Origin: an uncultured Oscillospiraceae bacterium
GTDB taxonomy: Bacteria > Bacillota > Clostridia > Christensenellales > CAG-314
NCBI GenBank assembly: GCA_964533825.1
Contig: CAZHMU010000001.1
Coordinates: forward strand, 103,978 to 167,977
Length of the DNA stretch: 64,000 nt
Reading direction: 5' to 3'
Positions 56,991-64,000 of the stretch are shown one piece after another (positions within the stretch are counted from its first letter, which is position 1; each line of letters starts with the position of its first letter). The notes beneath the pieces are model-generated. The model was not told the origin of the DNA and ran no database searches. It saw nothing but the letters and a program-made list of their open reading frames with translations. A program made the translations under genes and the position numbers.

Positions 56991-57905
56991 ATGAACAAAA
57001 TTTTCTTTACAAATGGTAAAAAAATATTGCAACAGACAGCGATCACACTGCTGTTTGCACTTCTAATCTTGACGTTTATAAGACAACCATCAAGATATAT
57101 GAAAGTGTTCTTTGATGGACTTACAGTTTGGGCGCGCAATGTTTTACCGGTACTTTTCCCCTTTGCTTTGATCACAACTCTATACACAAGAAATTGCAAA
57201 TTTGGTAAGTTTTCCATCTCAAAAGCAATGTTTCGCATAGGTTGTGACAATGTGTTTTTATCCAGCCTTTTGTGTGGTTATCCAGTGGGCGCAAGGGCGA
57301 TTTGCGAGGAAGAAATCGACCCCAAAACTGCCACCGCCATGTGTAGTTTTTGCTCAACTCCAAACCCAATTTTTATTATTGCAACTGTTGGATCACTACT
57401 CAACAACACTACCGCCACCGCTATTGTTTGCGTTTCTCAAGTTGTGGCAATGCTACTCAATGGATGGGCTTACACAGCAAACAAGCAATTTGATTTTGTG
57501 GTAAAATCACAAGAATTTGACAGTAAAGATTTCGGGAATACGTTGACAAATGCAGTATTGTCTGTACTTTCTGTTGGCGGACTAATTGCTGTATTTTTTA
57601 TGCTTGCAGAGATGCTACAAGTATTATTGCCTGCATCCATCTCACAACATCCGGCTGTATTTTTCGCACTTGGCTTATTGGAAATGACAAGCGGGATATT
57701 GAAAATTTGTAACAGCTGCGACCTTCTTGTTGCAACTGTTTGCACATCTGCACTACTTGCATTTGGCGGACTTTGTATTGCAATGCAATGCTTTGCGTTT
57801 GTATCGCAAAAGGGCGTAAAATTTGCAAAACTACTACAAATGAAATGCACTCAATGCGCTTTTGCAACGATAATTTCTTTTGCCTTGGCAAAAATATTTC
57901 TGTAA
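56991..57905 (+). CDS. ylbJ: Sporulation integral membrane protein YlbJ (nucleoside-recognition domain family)
   Basis: Polytopic membrane protein. Adjacent to coaD/rsmD, as B. subtilis ylbJ is. Confidence 0.75.
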   Translation: MNKIFFTNGKKILQQTAITLLFALLILTFIRQPSRYMKVFFDGLTVWARNVLPVLFPFALITTLYTRNCKFGKFSISKAMFRIGCDNVFLSSLLCGYPVGARAICEEEIDPKTATAMCSFCSTPNPIFIIATVGSLLNNTTATAIVCVSQVVAMLLNGWAYTANKQFDFVVKSQEFDSKDFGNTLTNAVLSVLSVGGLIAVFFMLAEMLQVLLPASISQHPAVFFALGLLEMTSGILKICNSCDLLVATVCTSALLAFGGLCIAMQCFAFVSQKGVKFAKLLQMKCTQCAFATIISFALAKIFL

Positions 57906-58042
57906 AGCAATTCATTTTGCTACATTCTTACATCCGTTCTCATTAGACCCTTTGCCGATGTCAATATCGTAACATTTTTTACCAATATTCTGGTAAAATT
58001 TGCAAGGCAACAATATACTCCATTGAAAAAAATCCAACAAAA

Positions 58043-58066
58043 AAAGATGCACAAACGTGCATCTTT
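58043..58066. terminator. Bidirectional terminator between ylbJ and the DAHP synthase gene
   Basis: AAAGATGCAC / GTGCATCTTT hairpin. Confidence 0.7.
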
Positions 58067-58069
58067 ATC

Positions 58070-59065
58070 TTATTTAGAAATTGATTGCCATCTTTTTGCA
58101 AATTGCTCGTTCAGCATCAGCAACAAGCTCTTCGTATCTTCAAAGCCAAGGCATTGGTCTGTTTTAGATACACCGTAGGTGCTACCATCAGTGCCATCAA
58201 AAAGGTAACTTTCTATCATGACACCATTGACATTACTATCGCAAATGACCGCTTTGGCGTTGTCAATTTGATTTTGCGCCACCTTTTGACTATTGGCATG
58301 GCTCAAGTCGGCCATAATAAAATCATTAAAACCAAGGGATTTTAGGCTTTGTTTGAGCTTTGCAACCTGTTGTTTGCTGATGTTGGATTGATACTCGCCT
58401 TCCATTGCACCGCCACGCAAAACAACGTGAGCGTGTTTGCAACCACTTGTTTGCATTTGATTACCCGAAAATGGAAAGACGGTAGGCAAAGACACCGCTT
58501 GCAATGATTGAATCAGCTTGTCCACGTCGCCATCGGTAGCATTTTTGACACCACAGCAAACGTCCAAGCCTGATGCATACGCGCGATGCAAACTGTCTTC
58601 ACTACTGCGCGCGCCAACAAAACTGTAATTTACAAGATCATCGAAATATTCGTACAACTCCGGATACAGCAATTCGTCGGCAATGGGTAGACCTACTTTT
58701 AGACAGTCCAGCATCATTTGACGGCAAGCAACAATTCCGCTTGTTATATCGTTGCCATTTTCGCCAAAGCAAAGCCCCTTGTAACCTGTGCCATTGGAGC
58801 GTGGTTTTGTGGTATAAATACGAGCAACCACCAACAAGTTGGGGCAAAGGTCTGCCACTTGCTTGAGCTTTGCAACATATTCGCCAACAGCAACAGGGTC
58901 ATCGGCCGAGCAAGGACCACAAACGACAACCAGTTTTTGCCTTGAAAACAAGTTTTCGCGCAGGACTTCATCCCAATGTAGTTTTATTTTTTCAAGTTGA
59001 TTACCAAGTGGCAGTTGACTTTTTACTTCGCTGACCATTGGCAATTTCTTTTGTTGCATAAACAT
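58070..59065 (-). CDS. aroG: 3-deoxy-7-phosphoheptulonate (DAHP) synthase, class I-alpha
   Basis: VVCGPCSADD, RIYTTKPRS and KGL motifs typical of AroF/G/H. The ATG (59065 or 59059) directly follows the coaD stop. Confidence 0.85.
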   Translation of the reverse strand: MFMQQKKLPMVSEVKSQLPLGNQLEKIKLHWDEVLRENLFSRQKLVVVCGPCSADDPVAVGEYVAKLKQVADLCPNLLVVARIYTTKPRSNGTGYKGLCFGENGNDITSGIVACRQMMLDCLKVGLPIADELLYPELYEYFDDLVNYSFVGARSSEDSLHRAYASGLDVCCGVKNATDGDVDKLIQSLQAVSLPTVFPFSGNQMQTSGCKHAHVVLRGGAMEGEYQSNISKQQVAKLKQSLKSLGFNDFIMADLSHANSQKVAQNQIDNAKAVICDSNVNGVMIESYLFDGTDGSTYGVSKTDQCLGFEDTKSLLLMLNEQFAKRWQSISK

Positions 59066-59067
59066 AT

Positions 59068-59544
59068 TTAACCAACCAAATGTTTTTTGATTTCTTCCAA
59101 ACAATTTTCCGGAACGTACTCGGAAAAATCTTGTCCCAGACTCGCAAGTTCGCGCACAAGTGAACTGGAAACGTGACGATACTGCTTGCTACCAACAACA
59201 AACATAGTTTCGCCATCCCAGTAACTTTCGTTGATATCGCACAAATCAATGACCGATTGCAAATCAAGTGCGTTACGTATGGATTTGATCATTACTGTTG
59301 CGCCAACTTGCTTGCAAAAATCCGTCATCATGCCTTCGTGCGCTACAACAACGACATTGTCGATATGAGAAAGGGCGCGCTTTAGCATATCCAGACGAGA
59401 ATCTACGTCTATTGCGTACTTTTTGGCGAAGTTTACACCCATCACAACATAAAGCTTGTCCACAAGCTTTGCGGATTTTTGGATGGCATCAACGTGCCCT
59501 TTTGTCACTGGACAAAATGAACCGGCAAAAACACCTATTGACAT
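59068..59544 (-). CDS. coaD: Phosphopantetheine adenylyltransferase
   Basis: GSFCPVTKGH nucleotidyltransferase motif, ~158 aa. AGGAGAG RBS. Confidence 0.95.
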   Translation of the reverse strand: MSIGVFAGSFCPVTKGHVDAIQKSAKLVDKLYVVMGVNFAKKYAIDVDSRLDMLKRALSHIDNVVVVAHEGMMTDFCKQVGATVMIKSIRNALDLQSVIDLCDINESYWDGETMFVVGSKQYRHVSSSLVRELASLGQDFSEYVPENCLEEIKKHLVG

Positions 59545-60083
59545 AGTTCTCTCCTTTTGTAAAAAGTAAATTTTACACTACCAATTTTGCGTTGATCGTA
59601 CGCTTGAAGGTCGCCGACATCATCTGGCAACACAACATCCATACCATGCTCGCAAACAACAATGCCGTTTGGTGTGAGCAGCTGCATTTTGCTGACAGCT
59701 TCGAGCACATCTTGGTAGTAGCCCGATGCATATGGTGGATCAACAAAAATGATATCCAAAGTACCTTGCAAGATGTTTGCAAGACAGCTTTTGTAGTTGC
59801 AAGAGTAAAGTTCTGGCGTTGCACCGATCTTTTGGAAGTTTACCTTGATTGCTTGTTGAGCTATGCGGTCGTTGTCGCACAAAATAGCACGACTTGCACC
59901 ACGGCTCAAACACTCGATAGCAATTTGCCCACTACCAGCAAACAAGTCCAAAACAACGGCATTAGTAATGCGCATTTGAAGGATATTGAAGAGTGTTTCC
60001 TTGGTGCGGTCAAGCGTAGGACGAGTACTATCCCCTGCTGATTGCAAAACGCGACCTTTGTATTTTCCAGCAATAACTCTCAT
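59535..60083 (-). CDS. rsmD: 16S rRNA (guanine966-N2)-methyltransferase RsmD
   Basis: MRVIAGKYKGR start, LDLFAGSG SAM site, DPPY motif. ATG 60083 follows GAGGT. Confidence 0.9.
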   Translation of the reverse strand: MRVIAGKYKGRVLQSAGDSTRPTLDRTKETLFNILQMRITNAVVLDLFAGSGQIAIECLSRGASRAILCDNDRIAQQAIKVNFQKIGATPELYSCNYKSCLANILQGTLDIIFVDPPYASGYYQDVLEAVSKMQLLTPNGIVVCEHGMDVVLPDDVGDLQAYDQRKIGSVKFTFYKRRELCQ

Positions 60084-60085
60084 TT

Positions 60086-61072
60086 TTACCTCAAATTGCA
60101 CAATAGTTGATAAACAATTACGTCGTCCGTGGATGGATTGACACTTTCGCCAAGAACGATAACCTCGTCACCAACATTAACAGGCAAATCAGTGACGTCC
60201 ACCATACTCATAGACATACAAATGTTGCCTATCACTTTTGCAAAGCTTTTGCCTATTTTTACCATTGGAGTTCGCAAAGCGCGAACGTAGCCATCGTTGT
60301 AGCCAATGTTGATGATAGCAATGTCGCAATCCTTGTCGCATACGTGACGTGCACCATAGCCAACAACACTGCCTCTTTTTACGTGCTTTTTTGCAAGCAC
60401 TTTTGCTGTGACAGTTTTTGCGATAGTCAAGTTTTCATCGCCATAGCCATACAGCCCAAGACCTACTCGAGCCATATCCAAGTGATACTTGGCATCCAGT
60501 AAAACGCCACTGGTATTTGCAACATGTTTTGTGATGTTGCCAAACTTCCTCAATACTATTTTACTGCATTTTGCAAAGTAATTCAACTGTTCGTCACAAA
60601 AAATTTTATTTTCGGTGCAAAAATGGGTAAAAATACCTTCTACGGCAATGTTTTTACCTTCAAGTTGTTTCAAAAGAACGGGCAGTTGCTCCTTTGAAAA
60701 CCCCAAGCGTGACATACCACTGTCTATTTTGATATGTACACGTGCAGTCCCTTTTTTACAATGCGAGATAATTTGCAAAGTATCAAAGCTATCCAAAGTG
60801 AGCAAAAACTGGTGCTCAATAGCAATTTTTGTACTTCGCGCATCTTGTGGAAGCAAAATTAATACGTCGTTGCCGTACTTTTCAATTTGCAAAGCCTCGC
60901 TTACATCGTTTACAGCAAAACAATCAACGACATCGTGCAGGCAACTTGCGACACGCTCCAAGCCATGCCCATAGGCATCACACTTTACCACAGCGCAAAG
61001 CTTTGTGTTGCCAAGTTTTTTGCGAAAGAATTGTGCATTTTTGATAATGGCATCATAGTTGATATACTGCAA
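60086..61072 (-). CDS. alr: Alanine racemase (short form)
   Basis: PLP-lysine motif AVVKCDAYGHG and GYNDGY. TTG start lies 5 nt after GAGGTG. At 328 aa it is shorter than typical Alr. Confidence 0.82.
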   Translation of the reverse strand: MQYINYDAIIKNAQFFRKKLGNTKLCAVVKCDAYGHGLERVASCLHDVVDCFAVNDVSEALQIEKYGNDVLILLPQDARSTKIAIEHQFLLTLDSFDTLQIISHCKKGTARVHIKIDSGMSRLGFSKEQLPVLLKQLEGKNIAVEGIFTHFCTENKIFCDEQLNYFAKCSKIVLRKFGNITKHVANTSGVLLDAKYHLDMARVGLGLYGYGDENLTIAKTVTAKVLAKKHVKRGSVVGYGARHVCDKDCDIAIINIGYNDGYVRALRTPMVKIGKSFAKVIGNICMSMSMVDVTDLPVNVGDEVIVLGESVNPSTDDVIVYQLLCNLR

Positions 61073-61186
61073 ATTTACACCTCACAAACACTAACTACAC
61101 CATTTGACATAATGTCAAATTGTGGGTATAATATATGCAATAACAAAATAAATTTTGCCGAGCTTGGCAATACAATAAGGGACAAA

Positions 61187-61666
61187 ATGAGATTTCCACT
61201 GCAACTATCCAAAAACTACAATATTCTCAAAGTAATAATGTGCGTGTTTATTGTAATCAGCATAGCAATGCTTGTGCTGTCTATACTCACTTTGTGCGAC
61301 GTGTACACATTTTTAAATATGACCTACGCCGAGGCAAAGGTACAAATTGTCACAGCCTGCCTATCCGTTACGATTCTTGCAGCGCTGTTGTCTCTGCACT
61401 ACCATGTTGACGAAAAACACCTGCGTATCAAGTTATTGTTTTTTGATATCTTGGGTGGTCGAATTCGCTTTGAAAACATTTTGAATATCGTCTACTCCAA
61501 CGAAATGATGTACATCAGCTACATTTGGAAAGGCAAAGACCCGGTTATTGCCGCCATCTTGATTGCACCATCCAAATTTGACAAAATGAAATCCGCACTG
61601 TTAGAGAAGAACAAAAATATTGTATTTTACGAGGACAAAAATGAAACTGGTAATAGCAAGCAATAA
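61187..61666 (+). CDS. Small membrane protein (2 TM plus a probable bacterial PH-like domain)
   Basis: ATG 61187. The track ORF from 60887 is antisense to alr. Two hydrophobic helices precede a ~80-aa soluble tail. Overlaps the rdgB start by 26 nt. Confidence 0.45.
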   Translation: MRFPLQLSKNYNILKVIMCVFIVISIAMLVLSILTLCDVYTFLNMTYAEAKVQIVTACLSVTILAALLSLHYHVDEKHLRIKLLFFDILGGRIRFENILNIVYSNEMMYISYIWKGKDPVIAAILIAPSKFDKMKSALLEKNKNIVFYEDKNETGNSKQ

Positions 61667-62213
61667 CAACCACAAAATCGAGCAAATAAAGGAAGTTTTG
61701 AAAGGCAAGTTTGAACAAATGTACTCACTTGCAGAAATGGGCATTGATTGCGACCCAGAAGAAAATGGCGCAACCTTTTTGGAAAACGCACTTATCAAAG
61801 TGAACGAGATTGCAAAATACACCACGTTTGCCGTACTTGGCGACGACACAGGCTTGTGTGTTGATGCACTTGATGGCGCACCAGGTATCATGTCTGCGAG
61901 ATATGCGGGCGACCACGACAGCGCTAAAAATCGCCAAAAATTGCTTGCCGATCTTGCAGGGGAAACCAACCGCAAGGCGCACTTTGAAACTTGCGTGGCA
62001 TTGCGCTACCCAGACGGCCAAATTGTTACTGCTTTTGGCAGAGTTGATGGCGAAATTCTAACAGAAGAGCGTGGCGACAAAGGCTTTGGTTATGAGTGTT
62101 TGTTCTTTGCAACAGAGCTTGGCAAAACATTTGGGCAAGCCACTACCGAAGAGAAGTTAGCTATCAGCCACCGCGGTAGATCTTTGAGAAACTTGCTTGA
62201 GAAGCTTGGATAA
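61641..62213 (+). CDS. rdgB: Non-canonical purine NTP pyrophosphatase (RdgB/HAM1 family)
   Basis: MKLVIASNNNHKIEQIK start, DDTGLCVDALDGAPG, FGYECLF. ATG 61641 follows GAGGA. Confidence 0.92.
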   Translation: MKLVIASNNNHKIEQIKEVLKGKFEQMYSLAEMGIDCDPEENGATFLENALIKVNEIAKYTTFAVLGDDTGLCVDALDGAPGIMSARYAGDHDSAKNRQKLLADLAGETNRKAHFETCVALRYPDGQIVTAFGRVDGEILTEERGDKGFGYECLFFATELGKTFGQATTEEKLAISHRGRSLRNLLEKLG

Positions 62214-62242
62214 ATTTTAAGGTAAACTTAAAAATGATAGAG

Positions 62243-62275
62243 AAAAGGTTAGGAATATTCCTAACCTTTTATATT
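62243..62275 (+). terminator. Terminator of rdgB
   Basis: AAAAGGTTAGGAA / TTCCTAACCTTTT hairpin followed by a T-rich run. Confidence 0.75.
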
Positions 62276-62394
62276 CTTTATGGAATAATAAATTTGTGGC
62301 AAATTGCATACTGGTTGCAAATTGTAGCAAAAAGCGTAATGGTCAAAAATAGTATTATACGAATGCAACAATTACTTGATTTTAGGCGACAAGC

Positions 62395-63081
62395 TTATTT
62401 TACAATATCAAACAGTTGTGCGAGATTGTAAATTTCGTAGGTGGGCGTGATATCACGAGTATTTTTCTCACGCTTGGGGTTGTACCAACAAGTGTCAATT
62501 CCAGCGTTGATACCACCTTGGATGTCGCTTGTAAGCGAGTCACCAACAATGATTGTTTTTGCTTTGTCAAAGTCATCAATGCGTTCGAAGCAATGGTTAA
62601 AAAACTCTATTTTTGGCTTAGGGTAACCCACTTGTTCGCTGATGAAATGAGCCTTGAAATACTTGCCAACTCCACTACCCTTCATGCGGGCATTTTGGAT
62701 GGATAAGACTCCATTGGTTACAATGTACAATCTTGCTCCCATATTGATTAGATTTTCTAATACTTCAACAGCCCCATCAATTACGTAGTGACCTTCGTGG
62801 AGATAATCTTCGTACAAACGAGAAATTGTCAAAATGTCACAATCAAGCCCAAGTTCTTGTGCTGTGTTGGCAAAACGATTGTTCAAAACGTAGTCCTTGG
62901 TGACAAGACCTTTTTCCAACTGTTGCCACAAGGCTACGTTGTTTTTGCGGTAAATTTGAACAAGATTGTCGTCTATTTGTATACCATGGTCGGCAAAGGC
63001 ACGACGCAGTGCTTCAAACTCCGCCTTGTCAAAGTCAAGTATGGTGTTGTCTGCATCAAACAAGATGATATCGTATTTCAT
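62395..63081 (-). CDS. HAD-IA hydrolase, YjjG-like noncanonical pyrimidine nucleotidase
   Basis: DxDxT (LFDADNTILDF) and GDSLTSDIQGG. ATG 63081 follows AGGAAA. Confidence 0.82.
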   Translation of the reverse strand: MKYDIILFDADNTILDFDKAEFEALRRAFADHGIQIDDNLVQIYRKNNVALWQQLEKGLVTKDYVLNNRFANTAQELGLDCDILTISRLYEDYLHEGHYVIDGAVEVLENLINMGARLYIVTNGVLSIQNARMKGSGVGKYFKAHFISEQVGYPKPKIEFFNHCFERIDDFDKAKTIIVGDSLTSDIQGGINAGIDTCWYNPKREKNTRDITPTYEIYNLAQLFDIVK

Positions 63082-63241
63082 AATTTTCCTCGTGTTTTGT
63101 ATGTACATATAAGTTATTAGGCATCAACTGTCAGAAACTTAACATAAAGTTGTCGTTATTTTTGCGACTTTTTGTTACACACAGTTAATTAGCCCTTTGT
63201 ACTTTTCCATTATACTATACATACCGCACAAAACACAACCC

Positions 63242-63274
63242 AAAAAACTTGACACAACTGTGCCAAGTTTTTTG
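63242..63274. terminator. Bidirectional terminator between the last two genes
   Basis: AAAAAACTTG..CAAGTTTTTT hairpin. Confidence 0.6.
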
Positions 63275-63290
63275 ATTTGTTGTATGGATT

Positions 63291-63839
63291 TTACCACTCG
63301 CGTTTGAATTGTTCCCATGTGGAAGGAGCATAGTCGCAACCTTCGAAAAAGCATCTCAAAATGTAGTATTCGTTTTCGTCCATTGCTTTGTCGCCAGAAA
63401 GGCAGAAGTAGCAGAAACCCTGAACCATTGCTTCGTAGTTGTCTGGATCGATAGCATCACGAAGTTTTACAAGCAAACCGATGTCGTCTGTGAGATCATC
63501 AACAGAAAGACGATTGTACAAGCTACGACAATCAGATACGGAAAGTGGCTCGATTTTTGCATATTCGCAGAACTTGCAATAGCAATCGTATTCGCCTTGC
63601 AAAAAGTCGTCGTCACACAACATCAAAAATACCATGATGTGTTGGAAGCAAATGAAGATGTTTTGCTTGTATTCTTGGCCGTTACGATTGCAGTAGTCAA
63701 CAAACAGGTTTTTGTAATCTACATATGCGTGAGAGAGAAGGTTTTTTGTCTTTACATAGTACTCGGATGGAGCAAGCTTTGTTTTGCGATCCCAAGCAAG
63801 GTTGCAAAGTTCGATCATGTTGATGGGTGTTTTAGACAT
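63291..63839 (-). CDS. Hypothetical acidic, Cys/aromatic-rich protein with an internal duplication (TerB-like?)
   Basis: ATG 63839 follows AGGAG. The two halves share the pattern D(x)nEY(x)5F(x)E (LCDDDFLQGEYDCYCKFCEY / SGDKAMDENEYYILRCFFEG), reminiscent of TerB/DjlA-N repeats. Confidence 0.5.
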   Translation of the reverse strand: MSKTPINMIELCNLAWDRKTKLAPSEYYVKTKNLLSHAYVDYKNLFVDYCNRNGQEYKQNIFICFQHIMVFLMLCDDDFLQGEYDCYCKFCEYAKIEPLSVSDCRSLYNRLSVDDLTDDIGLLVKLRDAIDPDNYEAMVQGFCYFCLSGDKAMDENEYYILRCFFEGCDYAPSTWEQFKREW

Positions 63840-64000
63840 GGCAGATTCTCCTTTGGATTTATTGAATTCTAATAAAATTATAACATAGTGCATTTGCACT
63901 GTCAAGACTAAATATGCAAAATACTGTGTAAAAATGAACGGTTTTTATGATATTAGGTGCAAAACTTGTCAAAAATAGCGTTTTTCTATACTTGCGGCCT

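Noticed and set aside
60887-61186. 5' part of the 259-codon track ORF overlapping alr.
   Set aside because: This part is antisense to alanine racemase. A sensible start (ATG 61187) lies just past the alr promoter region and gives a 2-TM protein.
62234-62431. 65-codon hydrophobic ORF (MIEKRLGIFLTFYILYG...), possibly a small toxin-like peptide.
   Set aside because: No RBS. Its first codons are the rdgB terminator hairpin, and its end runs antisense into the yjjG-like gene.
1-64000. Search for CRISPR repeats, IS/transposase genes, phage modules, restriction-modification or other defence genes, and rRNA, tmRNA, RNase P or SRP RNA signatures.
   Set aside because: No regularly spaced repeats, no transposase or integrase other than the Xer-like gene, and none of the hallmark RNA motifs I know were seen. 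The window reads as core chromosome.

Overview
This 64-kb window is almost entirely conserved housekeeping chromosome from a low-GC (hand estimate ~40-45%), endospore-forming, Clostridia-like Bacillota genome. I call 58 protein genes and one tRNA.

Gene content, left to right:
- + strand: mutS (5' cut by the window edge), mutL, miaA, ynbB-like lyase, Xer-type tyrosine recombinase, hflX, lexA.
- Then a YgjP/DUF45-like gene (-) divergent from a membrane-anchored PadR regulator (+).
- A long minus-strand run: pfp, rnhA, [tRNA-Trp on +], rny, recA, cinA, pgsA, rimO, ftsK, M16 peptidase, polysaccharide deacetylase, pnp, rpsO, ispH-S1 fusion, plsC, aroH, surE, rluB, dacB, ytfJ/ytfI, scpB/scpA, M50 protease, dacF-like, deoB, spoIVB, smc, rnc, rpmF, yceD, ackA, pta.
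- Finally the ylb-type cluster (tmcAL, ylbJ, coaD, rsmD) with a DAHP synthase, alr, rdgB and a yjjG-like HAD.

Gene order closely mirrors B. subtilis blocks as I remember them: rpsO-pnpA-ylxY-mlpA...spoIIIE, scpAB-dacB-rluB, and ylbH-ylbN-rpmF.

The ORF track allows TTG/GTG starts, so many of its starts are over-extended. I re-set starts by hand where an ATG with a Shine-Dalgarno sequence was visible.

I see no CRISPR array, transposase/IS, prophage, or recognisable defence or toxin-antitoxin cluster. I cannot honestly claim a clear novel system.

The most checkable oddities are:
- A dif-like 28-mer next to ftsK, in a window that also holds an intact Xer-type recombinase and the only convergence of gene orientation.
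- A YgjP-like protein whose HExxH motif reads HAFAH, divergent from a 4-TM PadR regulator and beside lexA.
- Two ORF-free promoter-to-terminator units that look like small RNAs (about 6.4-6.6 kb and 14.96-15.14 kb).
- Matching LexA-box/promoter architecture at lexA and recA.
- Two AT-rich accessory genes inserted into the conserved pnp-deacetylase-M16 block.

All motif matches and GC values are hand counts. No database search was possible.
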